Of a stretch of 64,000 bases of DNA, positions 20,454 through 30,512 are shown in pieces. The notes under the pieces are model-generated. The model did no database searches and was not told the origin of the DNA. It saw only the letters and a list, made by a program, of their open reading frames with translations. The position numbers and the translations under genes are program-made. Location: the NCBI GenBank assembly GCA_041671485.1, contig JBAZBL010000006.1, positions 6,539 to 70,538 of the forward strand, given 5' to 3'. How positions within the stretch are numbered: position 1 is the stretch's first letter; each line of letters opens with the position of its first letter. The stretch comes from Minisyncoccota bacterium (GTDB taxonomy: Bacteria > Patescibacteriota > Minisyncoccia > Phycocordibacterales > PALSA-1337).

Positions 20454-20459
20454 TTTAAT

Positions 20460-22604
20460 ATGAATCGCGATTATCCATTAGATAAAGTAAGAAATTTCGG
20501 CATTATTGCCCATATTGACGCTGGTAAGACGACTACTAGCGAAAGAGTTTTATTCTATACGGGTATGACACATAAGATAGGTGAAGTACATGAAGGTGAG
20601 ACTGTGACTGACTGGATGGAACAAGAGAGAGAAAGAGGTATCACTATAACCGCAGCTGCTATCACTTGCTTTTGGAATCCTACATATATGCCCTCGACCG
20701 ATATTTCCAAGAAAGTCCGTTTCAATATCATAGATACTCCTGGACATATTGACTTTACTGCTGAAGTCAAAAGGTCACTTCGCGTTCTTGACGGAGCAGT
20801 TGTAGTATTTGATGGTGTTGCTGGTGTAGAACCACAATCAGAGACAAATTGGCGTTATGCAGATGAAGGCGAAGTACCGCGACTTTGTTTCATCAATAAG
20901 ATGGACAGAATGGGTGCATCTTTCGAATTTTCATACAATTCTATATTGGAGCGTCTAAACAAAAATGCAATAAGATTTCAGATACCTATAGGCCTAGAGG
21001 GAGATCACAATGGTGTAGTAGATCTACTCCGTATGAAGGCATATTATTTCGAAGGCGAAATGGGAGAAAAAGTCGTAGAAAAAGAGATACCGCCTGAACT
21101 CCTAGAAGATGCAAAGAAATATCGTGCAGAAACTATAGAAAAGATAGTAGATCATGATGATGGTTTGATGCATAAATATCTCGAAGGTCAAGAAATAAGT
21201 CTCGAAGAATTGAAACCAGTCATACGTAAAGCGGTTATAGCAAATAAAATTTTCCCTGTCTTTACTGGTTCTGCATTGAAAAACAAAGGAGTTCAATTGG
21301 TTCTTGATGCAGTTGTTGACTATCTTCCTTCTCCACTCGATATGCCTCCAGTAAAAGGTATCAATCCAGAAACAGGAGAAGAAGTCATACGCCATGCAAG
21401 TGATGAAGAACCTTTTTCTGCACTAGCATTCAAACTTCAAAATGATCCTTTTGTAGGACAGCTCACATTCTTTAGAGTCTATTCAGGTACAATAGAAGCT
21501 GGAACATATATATACAATTCATCAACAAATAAAAGAGAGAGACTCGGTCGCATCGTACGACTTCAGGCCAATGAAAGAGAAGAAGTCAAAAAAGTTTTCT
21601 CTGGAGAGATAGCTGCGGCAGTAGGACTCAAAGATACACTTACATCCAATACTTTTTGCGATGAAAACAATCCAATAGTACTTGAAGTGATCAAATTTGT
21701 AGAGCCTGTTGTATCACTCCGTATAGAGCCAAAAACAAAAGCAGATCAAGAAAAAATGGGTCTTGCTTTGCGCAAACTTTCCAATGAAGATCCAACTTTC
21801 AAGATTTCAACAAATTCTGAAACAGGCGAAACTATCATTTCTGGTATGGGAGAACTACATCTAGAGATCATGGTTGATCGTATGAAAAGAGAATTTACTG
21901 TAGAAGCAAATGTAGGTGAACCTCAAGTTGCATATAGAGAGACGATTCTCGGTACTGCAGAAGCAGAAGGCAAATATATCAAACAAACTGGTGGTAAAGG
22001 TCAATATGGTCATGTCAAACTCAATATCAAACCTATGGAGCCAGTACAAGAAGGCAAGAAAAAGTCAAAAAATATTCATAGACATGATGATTATGAATTC
22101 GTTGATTCGATCAAGGGTGGTGTTATCCCACAAGAATTTATCCCTGCCGTTGAAAAGGGTGTAAAAGAAGCGATGGATAGGGGTATTGTTGCTGGTTTCA
22201 AGATGGTAAATATTTCCTGTGAATTGACATATGGCTCATATCACGACGTTGACTCATCTGAAATCGCATACAAAATAGCAGCTTCAATGGCATTCCAAGA
22301 CGCTGTCAAACGTGCCAAGCCAGTTCTACTAGAGCCAATAATGAAGCTCGAAGTTGTAGCACCAGAAAAGTATATGGGTGATATCAACGGCTCTATTGCT
22401 TCAAAGAGGGGTACTATCGAAGGCAGTCAGCCAAAAGGCCAAGTACTCTCTATCATTGCAAAGGTTCCTCTTGCAGAAATGTTTGGCTATACTACACAAC
22501 TACGTTCTATGACTTCTGGTCAAGGCAGTGCAATGATGGAATTTGACCATTATGAGGTTGTACCAGCGAATGTGGCGTTGGAGATTATAGAGAAGAGGAA
22601 GTAG
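20460..22604 (+). CDS. fusA: Elongation factor G
   Basis: AHIDAGKTT, ERERGITI, DTPGHIDF, GMGELHLE, GSYHDVDSSE. Confidence 0.99.
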   Translation: MNRDYPLDKVRNFGIIAHIDAGKTTTSERVLFYTGMTHKIGEVHEGETVTDWMEQERERGITITAAAITCFWNPTYMPSTDISKKVRFNIIDTPGHIDFTAEVKRSLRVLDGAVVVFDGVAGVEPQSETNWRYADEGEVPRLCFINKMDRMGASFEFSYNSILERLNKNAIRFQIPIGLEGDHNGVVDLLRMKAYYFEGEMGEKVVEKEIPPELLEDAKKYRAETIEKIVDHDDGLMHKYLEGQEISLEELKPVIRKAVIANKIFPVFTGSALKNKGVQLVLDAVVDYLPSPLDMPPVKGINPETGEEVIRHASDEEPFSALAFKLQNDPFVGQLTFFRVYSGTIEAGTYIYNSSTNKRERLGRIVRLQANEREEVKKVFSGEIAAAVGLKDTLTSNTFCDENNPIVLEVIKFVEPVVSLRIEPKTKADQEKMGLALRKLSNEDPTFKISTNSETGETIISGMGELHLEIMVDRMKREFTVEANVGEPQVAYRETILGTAEAEGKYIKQTGGKGQYGHVKLNIKPMEPVQEGKKKSKNIHRHDDYEFVDSIKGGVIPQEFIPAVEKGVKEAMDRGIVAGFKMVNISCELTYGSYHDVDSSEIAYKIAASMAFQDAVKRAKPVLLEPIMKLEVVAPEKYMGDINGSIASKRGTIEGSQPKGQVLSIIAKVPLAEMFGYTTQLRSMTSGQGSAMMEFDHYEVVPANVALEIIEKRK

Positions 22605-22694
22605 ATAAATCACGCTTGACACCGTTTATATAATGTATATTATGTAACTATAGGTGCAAAAAACACAGTATTTCTGCCCCTAAAGGTTCAAAAA

Positions 22695-23828
22695 ATGCAA
22701 ATCCATCGAAAAATGGCTGAAAATATAGAGAATTGGCTGTTTAAAGGCAAGGTCATTATTCTTTATGGACCTAGACAGGTTGGTAAAACTACTTTAGTCA
22801 AAGAATTAGTTTTGAAACATGGTGATGATCGAAGTTATATAAATTGTGAAATATTGGAAAATCAACAAGCTTTGGCAGTACAAAATCCTGCAAAACTCAA
22901 AACATTTTTGGGACCAGGCAGGTTTTTTGTCTTTGATGAAGCACAAAAAGTTGATAATATAGGACTTGCACTCAAATTACTCATTGACACTTATCCAGAT
23001 CTGCAGGTTATTGCAACAGGTTCTTCGAGTTTCGATCTATCAGCAAAGGTCAATGAACCACTTACTGGTAGGTCAATAGAATTCAAATTATATCCGATCT
23101 CCTATGAAGAGATATCCGATGGTAAACAAGAATGGGAAATCAGTGCAGTCATGGAATCAATGTTGGTGTATGGTTCGTATCCCGAAATTATCAAGAATCA
23201 ATTCAAGGATGCCGAAACAGCTCTAAATAATATTTCTTCCAATTATCTATTTAAGGATATTTTTGAATATGAAGGTATCAAAAAACCAAAATTACTCACA
23301 AATCTTTTGCAATTATTGGCTCTACAGGTTGGCAATGAAGTCTCTCTAAATGAGTTGTCAATCAAGCTAGAGACTAGTCGCAAGACAGTCGCCAAATACA
23401 TTGATCTGCTCGAGAAAACATTTGTAATCTTTACATTATATCCTTTGTCACGAAACCCAAGAAATGAGATTGGTCGGAAAAATAAGATCTACTTTTATGA
23501 TCTGGGGATAAGAAATAATCTTATAGGCAGGGTTATACCTTTATCAAAAAGGGAAGATATTGGTGCTTTGTGGGAGAATTTTTGCGTGGTAGAAAGGAAA
23601 AAATACTTAGAATGTCGTATGCGTTATGGCAATCAGTTCTTCTGGAGAAATACGCGTGGCAAAGAAGTTGACTATATAGAAGAGGGTGGTGGAATATTCT
23701 CTGCTTATGAATTCAAATGGTCAGAACAAAAAACAAAATTTCCAAAAGATTTTATCGAGACCTATAAACCAAAAACAGAGCTTATACACAAGGGAAATAT
23801 AAAAGAATTTTTATTAGACCGTGCTTAG
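22695..23828 (+). CDS. AAA_14 ATPase with C-terminal DUF4143/PD-(D/E)xK-like domain
   Basis: GPRQVGKTT, DEAQ, TGSSS, LTGR, KIYFYDLGIRN, EVDY...YEFKW. Confidence 0.9.
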   Translation: MQIHRKMAENIENWLFKGKVIILYGPRQVGKTTLVKELVLKHGDDRSYINCEILENQQALAVQNPAKLKTFLGPGRFFVFDEAQKVDNIGLALKLLIDTYPDLQVIATGSSSFDLSAKVNEPLTGRSIEFKLYPISYEEISDGKQEWEISAVMESMLVYGSYPEIIKNQFKDAETALNNISSNYLFKDIFEYEGIKKPKLLTNLLQLLALQVGNEVSLNELSIKLETSRKTVAKYIDLLEKTFVIFTLYPLSRNPRNEIGRKNKIYFYDLGIRNNLIGRVIPLSKREDIGALWENFCVVERKKYLECRMRYGNQFFWRNTRGKEVDYIEEGGGIFSAYEFKWSEQKTKFPKDFIETYKPKTELIHKGNIKEFLLDRA

Positions 23829-23981
23829 TTGTGTCCGATAGTAGACCTCGAACATAATATGTGGATAAGAGAGTTTTGCAAGTTGTCGGGGGGGTATACT
23901 ATATATGGGTAAGCGGAGCATATCGTAACTCTGCACTTTGCTGTTATTTGTACTCTATTAGTATTAGTTAATCTTATTTAA

Positions 23982-26900
23982 ATGAAAAAAATAATATCTT
24001 TCGTCCTGCCACTCACAATCTTTGTATTTGCTATAGTTATTGTGGTTATGCCGAACAATGTTTCTGCGCAGACTGCCGTTGAGTGTCCTGTTGGGTATAC
24101 ATGTACACCGATTACAGTTACTCCTGTTGCACCATCGCCTATTCCAGTTCCGATTCCTCCTACGACAGTTTATCCATCATGTTATGTATTCTCAACTAAT
24201 CTTCAGATCGGAAGTAAAGGTGCTGATGTTGTAGCTTTACAGACATGGCTGATTGAGCATGGTTTTGATATTCCAGCTATCACGCAAGAGTTTGCATCTA
24301 AGGGATATTTTGGTCCCGCGACTGCTTCAGTGGTCAAAAAATATCAGGCCAGTGTAGGTATAGAGTCAACAGGATACTTTGGTCCGGAGACTAGAGCGAG
24401 AGTGAATGGGGAGTGTGGTGGTGGGATTGTTCCGACTTCAAATATATTTACTTTTATTAGTCAAAACATAGCATCCAATGCGGGTGTAGTAGATGTTGCA
24501 TCGAGTTCATTGACAGGAAAAGTTGTGTTCAAGATGAAAGCCATAGGTGGAGATATGACAAAGCCAGTTGCTAGTGATTTTGATGTTGTTTTTAGTAGTC
24601 CTTCTGTGGTAATACCGATACAACCAATTATTACAGTTACTCCAAATGATACTGCAATAGCAGAGAGTGGCGAATATACGGTTATTATTGCTGGTACATT
24701 GTATTCAAACAATCCATCTGTACCAGCAGGCTCAAATATTTATCAGATGCTGATTAAAAGTGCAAAGTATCATATCATTGGAAAAACAGTATCTAGTCAG
24801 TTAACTCCATATCTCAAAACTACTCAAGCATCACTGTTCAAAAGTGGTTCAAGTTCTACACAATCTTCTGTAATTATTTCTCAAAATTCTATTAACTTTT
24901 CTGCTAATCAGGGTGATACTCAGTATCAGCAAAAGTCATTGACAATTACTAACACAAGTAGTACGAATATTAGTTTCAATATAAGTGTACCCAATCAGCC
25001 AAGCTGGCTTAATGTATCATATAACACAAATACGATGATCGCCTACCCAAACAGTCCTGTTGGGATTGGAGCATCACTTGATCCAAAGAGTCTATCAGTT
25101 GGAACATATAGCACAAACATAATTCTAACTGGTAATTTCCAAGGCTCTCCTATAAACATTCCGGTTAAAGTAACCATCTTGCCACAATCAGCTACTTCTA
25201 CGACAAACCCTGAAGTTTCGGCTTCACCTGCGAGCGTTTCCTCTGGTGGCACTAGTTTTATCAGATTTACTATGCCTGCAAATACGGTGTCAGCCACCCT
25301 AACTCTCTCTTGTCCTTTTGGTGTTTCTGTTAAGGGTTATGACAGTATGAGAAATATAGTTGGTTCGGAGGAACTCTGTAGCAAAAATCAGAATATAAGC
25401 ATTTATGCAAGTGGTGAGGAAATAATGTTGACAAATACTTCTTTGGTGAGTACTAACATTGTTGTCGCTAATTTCTCTGTTTATACACTAGACAATCCAA
25501 ACTATGCTCGAACTGTTTCTGTGAAGATTACTGTAGCTCCTACTCAAGCCACTCAACCCTCCATCACCGTCTTGAGTCCAAATGGAGGAGAGGTGTGGAG
25601 TATTGGGAATAAATACACAATTAAATGGTCAAGCACAAATTTGAAGCAAAATAATGTTCGTATTGGTATTGTAGATTCACGTTCAGGAGTCAATGCTGGC
25701 GGAGACATAGTAGTTACTCCAAATACAGGAAGTTACATGTGGACAGTACCACAAAGTATTGGAAATATTGATTTCACCTCAAATACTTTACCTATTTATA
25801 AAATAGCAGTTTCTTCAGAGAATGTTGTCAATGGTGATTTTGCCGCAGATCTCAGTAATAAACCGTTCACCATCACTTCTCAAACCACTAAACCATATAT
25901 CACTTCTGTCGCAGGCAAAGCCGCTGGAAATGGTGAAATTGATGCTGGTGGAACAGTTGGCATCCAAGGAACAAATCTTCTTGGATATAAAGACAGCACG
26001 AATGTGTATATAGGCGGGCAAGTGTGCACGATTACACAGTTGAGCAACACGTTAATCTATTGTACTGCTCCTTCTACATTGCAGGTTGGTAGTGTCTATG
26101 ATCTCTACATAAATACCACAGGAATGGGTGGTGACAAAGTTACTAGCAATATAGTAAAAGTGAAAGTTCTAAGTAATGTCTCCAAGCCCTCTATCACCGT
26201 CTTGAGTCCGAATGGGGGAGAAAGTTTTGTGGCAGGAGGCAATCTTACTGGATCATTTGCGTCAAATAATCTTTCTGTAGGTAATACTTACGAAGTTGCT
26301 TTAGTTGGTCAGGGATATGATAGAGATATAGGTTATGGTCTCATCACTTCTACATCTGTTGATAAGCAATCTCTATCTGTAAATATTCCAAATGATGTTC
26401 CTGCAAAAGAAAATTATTACCGTGTTCGTTTGGTAGTTGGATGCAATAATTCAGGAGAATTATGTGTACAGGATCAAAGTGATCGTAATTTTACCATCAC
26501 TTCTTCAAATACTAAACCCTCCATTACCATCCAAAGTCCAAGAGGTGAAGAAACATATAAGATTGGCGATAAAGTAAAGGTTAAATGGGAAACAAGAAAC
26601 ATCTCTTCAAATGCCTACTTAGACATAATTCGTTTGAGGAATCTCAATCTTCAACAAGAATACTCACTTGCTTCACCTGTAATAAATGATGGCAATGAAA
26701 CTGTGACGATACCATCTGTGCCAGCGGGAACATATACTCTTGAAATCAAATCATCTGTTAAAGGTTACGTGGATGCTATTACGGGATCAAGCGGAAAATT
26801 CACAATAACTTCTCCAAATTCTCAACCCTCCATCACCGTCTTGAGTCCAAATGGGGGAGAGATATATAGAGTGGGAAACAGGGTAAATGTAAATTGGTCT

Positions 26901-28451
26901 ATTGGTGGTTCAATCCCTACCTCTTGGCCAACAGATAATGTAGGTCGCCCTCAGGTTATAATTGATTTATATACAAGTGGAGGTAATTTTGTTCAGCATC
27001 TTTCGGCTTTGCATGGTGGAGGCCCGACATTTCCATTTGATATACCAAATGTGTTACCGGGTAATTATGTAATTAGAGTGTGGGCTGTAAATAACCTTCC
27101 ATATTTTGGACAAAGCGGAACATTTACCATCACTTCAGCGACTCAAAATATACTAACAGTTTCAGTCGCACCTTCATCTGTACAGGCGGCATCTGCAGGA
27201 ACAAGTAATGTTGATCTCTTAGATGTGGATCTTAATGTGAACACTGGCGTAGCAAATATTGCTGGCATAAGTGTTACTGATATTTCTCCGAATAACAAAA
27301 CAAATCTTACAAATCTATGGCTTTCAGGTAGCAATTTGGCGGGGGCAAGAATTACTGGTGTAACTAGAAGTATCCCTCTCGTTAATAGTACGTACCCGAA
27401 TGCAATGCAATATGATTTTGATTTTCCAACTACTATCAATATCATCGCTGGTCAGCCACTACACCTTCATGTAATGGGTGATGTAACTTCTCGAGCAAGT
27501 GGCTATATACAACTTCAATCTTCTGGCGTGGGATATAACGATTCGACTTTAAAGGTAAATAGTGTAGGTCAGTATGGAAATAGAATTCAAGTATGTCAGT
27601 TAGGACAATTTTGGAACGGTTCGTCATGCGTTATCTCAACTCCTGCCAACCGCCCACCTGTCATAAGTGGTGGCACATTCCCAACAACACTAAATGTTGG
27701 TGAGACTGGAACATGGAGGGTGAATGCAAGTGATCCGGAGAATGGACCTATAAGTTACGAAATAGATTGGGGTGATACTGGGGCAGGGTCAGCTACGCCT
27801 CCTCTATTAGAGTCTCCCCTTGTAGATACTCATCTCTATTCTTCTGCGGGCACATATACAGTGAAGTTTACAGTTACAGATAATGGTGGACTATCAGCAC
27901 AGACGACTGCTACAGTACAAATAAACAGTCAAACAACCTCTACTGTAACCCGCGAAGCGGTCCGTCAGCTCTATCTTACATTACTTCGTCGCGAACCAGA
28001 TCAGCAGGGTTGGGACTATTGGATGAAGTATTCTAGCAATATTGATGTGATCAAACAGGCTATTATGAATACCACTGAATATCGAAATCTACAATTGCCA
28101 ACAGTCACTCTATCTGCCACTTCTGTTGCCAGTTCAGATGCAGTAGCCAAGTCATACACCGTGAAATGGTCTTCAACAAATATGAATTCTTGTACTCTAA
28201 CGACGAATGCTACGAAAGGAGATGAAGATTCAGATAATTGGTCAGGATATATTGGTCCAGTGAATACCTCTGGCAGTATTACTGCTCCTGTTTCTGGTTC
28301 TCTTACAGTAACAGTTACTTGTACTGGCTCTGCCGGTAGTACTTCAAAGAGCGTTACTCTGACTGGGAATCAAGCATATGCACCAAGTAACAGTTTGAAT
28401 GCCGCGATCTGGGATGCTATTAGAGAATATTTCAGGAATGGTGGGAGGTGA
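23982..28451 (+). CDS. Large secreted/surface protein: peptidoglycan-binding, repeated Ig-like (PSITVLSPNGGE), IPT, PKD and DUF4214-like modules
   Basis: Signal peptide; DVVALQ.WL...GYFGP.T; four PSIT..SP.G.E repeats; IDWGD...YTVKFTVTD; LYLTLLRREPDQQGWDYW. Confidence 0.85.
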   Translation: MKKIISFVLPLTIFVFAIVIVVMPNNVSAQTAVECPVGYTCTPITVTPVAPSPIPVPIPPTTVYPSCYVFSTNLQIGSKGADVVALQTWLIEHGFDIPAITQEFASKGYFGPATASVVKKYQASVGIESTGYFGPETRARVNGECGGGIVPTSNIFTFISQNIASNAGVVDVASSSLTGKVVFKMKAIGGDMTKPVASDFDVVFSSPSVVIPIQPIITVTPNDTAIAESGEYTVIIAGTLYSNNPSVPAGSNIYQMLIKSAKYHIIGKTVSSQLTPYLKTTQASLFKSGSSSTQSSVIISQNSINFSANQGDTQYQQKSLTITNTSSTNISFNISVPNQPSWLNVSYNTNTMIAYPNSPVGIGASLDPKSLSVGTYSTNIILTGNFQGSPINIPVKVTILPQSATSTTNPEVSASPASVSSGGTSFIRFTMPANTVSATLTLSCPFGVSVKGYDSMRNIVGSEELCSKNQNISIYASGEEIMLTNTSLVSTNIVVANFSVYTLDNPNYARTVSVKITVAPTQATQPSITVLSPNGGEVWSIGNKYTIKWSSTNLKQNNVRIGIVDSRSGVNAGGDIVVTPNTGSYMWTVPQSIGNIDFTSNTLPIYKIAVSSENVVNGDFAADLSNKPFTITSQTTKPYITSVAGKAAGNGEIDAGGTVGIQGTNLLGYKDSTNVYIGGQVCTITQLSNTLIYCTAPSTLQVGSVYDLYINTTGMGGDKVTSNIVKVKVLSNVSKPSITVLSPNGGESFVAGGNLTGSFASNNLSVGNTYEVALVGQGYDRDIGYGLITSTSVDKQSLSVNIPNDVPAKENYYRVRLVVGCNNSGELCVQDQSDRNFTITSSNTKPSITIQSPRGEETYKIGDKVKVKWETRNISSNAYLDIIRLRNLNLQQEYSLASPVINDGNETVTIPSVPAGTYTLEIKSSVKGYVDAITGSSGKFTITSPNSQPSITVLSPNGGEIYRVGNRVNVNWSIGGSIPTSWPTDNVGRPQVIIDLYTSGGNFVQHLSALHGGGPTFPFDIPNVLPGNYVIRVWAVNNLPYFGQSGTFTITSATQNILTVSVAPSSVQAASAGTSNVDLLDVDLNVNTGVANIAGISVTDISPNNKTNLTNLWLSGSNLAGARITGVTRSIPLVNSTYPNAMQYDFDFPTTINIIAGQPLHLHVMGDVTSRASGYIQLQSSGVGYNDSTLKVNSVGQYGNRIQVCQLGQFWNGSSCVISTPANRPPVISGGTFPTTLNVGETGTWRVNASDPENGPISYEIDWGDTGAGSATPPLLESPLVDTHLYSSAGTYTVKFTVTDNGGLSAQTTATVQINSQTTSTVTREAVRQLYLTLLRREPDQQGWDYWMKYSSNIDVIKQAIMNTTEYRNLQLPTVTLSATSVASSDAVAKSYTVKWSSTNMNSCTLTTNATKGDEDSDNWSGYIGPVNTSGSITAPVSGSLTVTVTCTGSAGSTSKSVTLTGNQAYAPSNSLNAAIWDAIREYFRNGGR

Positions 28452-28485
28452 TTATTGACAAACAGTTTTGACCTCCGTAGCTTGT

Positions 28486-28515
28486 GCAAAACCGCATTCT
28501 TTAAGGCGGTTTTGC
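28486..28515 (+). terminator. Terminator-like hairpin
   Basis: gcaaaaccgc...gcggttttgc. Confidence 0.6.
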
Positions 28516-28525
28516 TTATAATCAA

Positions 28526-28552
28526 TTTAAGGTCACATTTTGTGACCTTAAA
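28526..28552. repeat. Perfect palindrome (operator- or REP-like)
   Basis: tttaaggtcaca-ttt-tgtgaccttaaa. Confidence 0.6.
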
Positions 28553-28586
28553 ACAGATATAATTAATAAAATTGGGTTTTGGTAGA

Positions 28587-28663
28587 TTTTATCAAAAATT
28601 TAGGAGTATTTTATCATTTCTTCAGCCAAATTTTATTTGGATTTTATCTCTCTCTGATACAGT
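28587..28663 (+). promoter_or_regulatory. Conserved TTTTATC-box promoter, copy 3
   Basis: Boxes at 28587, 28609, 28631 (TTTTATT) and 28642, the shared atttcttcagc spacer, then TG-A-TACAGT. Confidence 0.7.
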
Positions 28664-28672
28664 TGGTCAGTA

Positions 28673-29068
28673 ATGACCAATAAATGGCGTAATATAGTTG
28701 GGAATGCAAGAGAAAAATACAAGAAAATGCAACCTGTTGCATGTCCAGCCTTTGGTGGTGAACTAGTGTATTTCAATAAACATGGATTCAATCATCTCAT
28801 AAGAAAAGGTCGAAGATTTCGCAAAATAGATGTCCAAATTGATCGCATTCAATTAATTGGAACAGCTATCGATACCCTGCAAAGATCTTCTACGGTTTAT
28901 CGTTATCGTAAGGTAAATACTGTAAAATCAGTAATGCAGTTCTGGGCATTCGAAGACGATCTCATAATAGATAATAAAAAAGTATCCATAATAGTCGTTG
29001 TCAGAAAAATGAACAATGGTAAAATTCATTTTTTTAGTATATTCAAGAGAAAACACAAAACCCCCTAA
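28673..29068 (+). CDS. Small basic BECR-fold (PBECR/LPD3-like) putative RNase
   Basis: V.FN..GF.HL motif, Arg-rich helix, C-terminal beta strands VVVRK...IHFFSIF; fold assigned by pattern only. Confidence 0.6.
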   Translation: MTNKWRNIVGNAREKYKKMQPVACPAFGGELVYFNKHGFNHLIRKGRRFRKIDVQIDRIQLIGTAIDTLQRSSTVYRYRKVNTVKSVMQFWAFEDDLIIDNKKVSIIVVVRKMNNGKIHFFSIFKRKHKTP

Positions 29069-29078
29069 GGGGTTTTGT
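29055..29078. terminator. Bidirectional terminator overlapping the CDS stop
   Basis: acaaaacccc-ctaa-ggggttttgt. Confidence 0.75.
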
Positions 29079-29079
29079 A

Positions 29080-29209
29080 GATCTGCCACCAGCATTTTAC
29101 CGATAACATCAACTTGAGATTAATCTCAATGACATGCAGATCAACAACTTGCCACCAGCTTTAGCCGATAATATCGCCATGGAATCAATCCACCAACCGC
29201 AAGCTATAT
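29080..29209 (-). ncRNA. Candidate structured sRNA, two tandem ~60-nt three-way-junction units
   Basis: Units 29146-29205 and 29080-29142; minus-strand promoter TTGACT (29243-29238) / TG-A-TAGCAT (29221-29216); compensatory stem changes between units. Confidence 0.65.
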
Positions 29210-29305
29210 ACTGGTATGCTATCAGAAAATCATAAAAAGTCAAGCCCATGAAATTACTAGATGGATCTATTTTACCACCACTTCATTCATGGTATTATCT
29301 AATAT

Positions 29306-30505
29306 ATGAAAACAGATATAAATAAAGAAAAAATAGAAGAACTTTTTGCTCGTGGCACGGTCGTAGAAATTCTGCCTACAAAAGATGCATTTATTGAAAA
29401 GTTGATGAAGGGCGAAAAATTGAGGATATACATAGGCGTAGATCCAACAGCCGAAGCTTTGCATTTGGGGCATGCCAAAAACATCATGTTTCTAGAAGAA
29501 TTACGACAACTAGGCAATGAAGTTATATTACTTTTTGGTGATTTTACTGCGCGTATAGGGGATCCAACAGGCAAAAGCACTACACGCAAGCAATTGACAG
29601 AAGAAGAAGTCAAGAAAAATGTCTCAAAATGGCTCGATCAAGTGAAGCCACTCATAAATATTGAAGACAAAGAAAATCCAGTAAAGATAATGTACAATTC
29701 CGAATGGTTGGGCAAATTAACATTTGCAGAAATTGTTGACATTGCTTCCAACTTCACAGTTCAACAAATGATAGAGCGTGATATGTTCGAGAAGAGGATA
29801 AAGGATGGCAATCCTATCCATTTGCATGAATTTATGTATCCACTTATGCAAGGTTATGACAGTGTAGCTATGGACGTAGACGCAGAATTGTGTGGTACAG
29901 ATCAGGTTTTCAATGCATTGGCTGGACGTACGCTTCTGAAGAGATATAAAAATAAAGATAAATTTGTTATTGCACTCAACCTAATTGCCAATCCAAAGAC
30001 AAGGGAATTGATGTCCAAGAGCAAAGGCACTGGAGTATTCATAAATACATCTCCAAATGAATTGTATGGAGCTATTATGGCATTGCCAGATCCAATGATA
30101 GAGCCACTATTTATCAATTGTACGAGGATACCCCTGAATGAAAAAGAGTCAATAATGAAATTGGGACCAAGAGATGCAAAAGCATATATAGCACTAGACA
30201 TCGTAAAGAGATTTCATGGCAAAGAGAAAGCCGAAGGTGCGGCAGAAACATTTGAAAAGACTTTTGCGAAAGGTGGTGTGCCAGACGATATTTTGGAAAT
30301 TGTCCTGAAAGATGGTGATGTTCTATCTGATGTTTTAGTCAAGGCTGGAATTGTGCCATCGAAGACAGAATGGAGGAGACTGGTCACAGATGGTGCTGTG
30401 AGGAAAGAAGATGATTCTAAAGTTGATGATATAAATTATCTGCCAAAGGAGACTACTATTCTAAAGATAGGGAAACGCAGGTTTGTGAAAGTGATTGTTC
30501 AGTGA
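29306..30505 (+). CDS. tyrS: Tyrosine--tRNA ligase
   Basis: GVDPT..LHLGH, GDFTARIGDP, YPLMQGYD, MSKS, C-terminal S4 domain. Confidence 0.97.
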   Translation: MKTDINKEKIEELFARGTVVEILPTKDAFIEKLMKGEKLRIYIGVDPTAEALHLGHAKNIMFLEELRQLGNEVILLFGDFTARIGDPTGKSTTRKQLTEEEVKKNVSKWLDQVKPLINIEDKENPVKIMYNSEWLGKLTFAEIVDIASNFTVQQMIERDMFEKRIKDGNPIHLHEFMYPLMQGYDSVAMDVDAELCGTDQVFNALAGRTLLKRYKNKDKFVIALNLIANPKTRELMSKSKGTGVFINTSPNELYGAIMALPDPMIEPLFINCTRIPLNEKESIMKLGPRDAKAYIALDIVKRFHGKEKAEGAAETFEKTFAKGGVPDDILEIVLKDGDVLSDVLVKAGIVPSKTEWRRLVTDGAVRKEDDSKVDDINYLPKETTILKIGKRRFVKVIVQ

Positions 30506-30512
30506 ATATCTG

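Noticed and set aside
23860-23868. DnaA-box-like TGTGGATAA (near-matches at 35350, 41496, 51842) as oriC
   Set aside because: Isolated single boxes, no cluster or unwinding element, and no dnaA/dnaN nearby
29080-29205. Two direct repeats (tgccaccagc..ccgataa.atc) as a mini CRISPR array
   Set aside because: Only two imperfect units, the intervening parts are themselves base-paired, and there are no cas genes in the window
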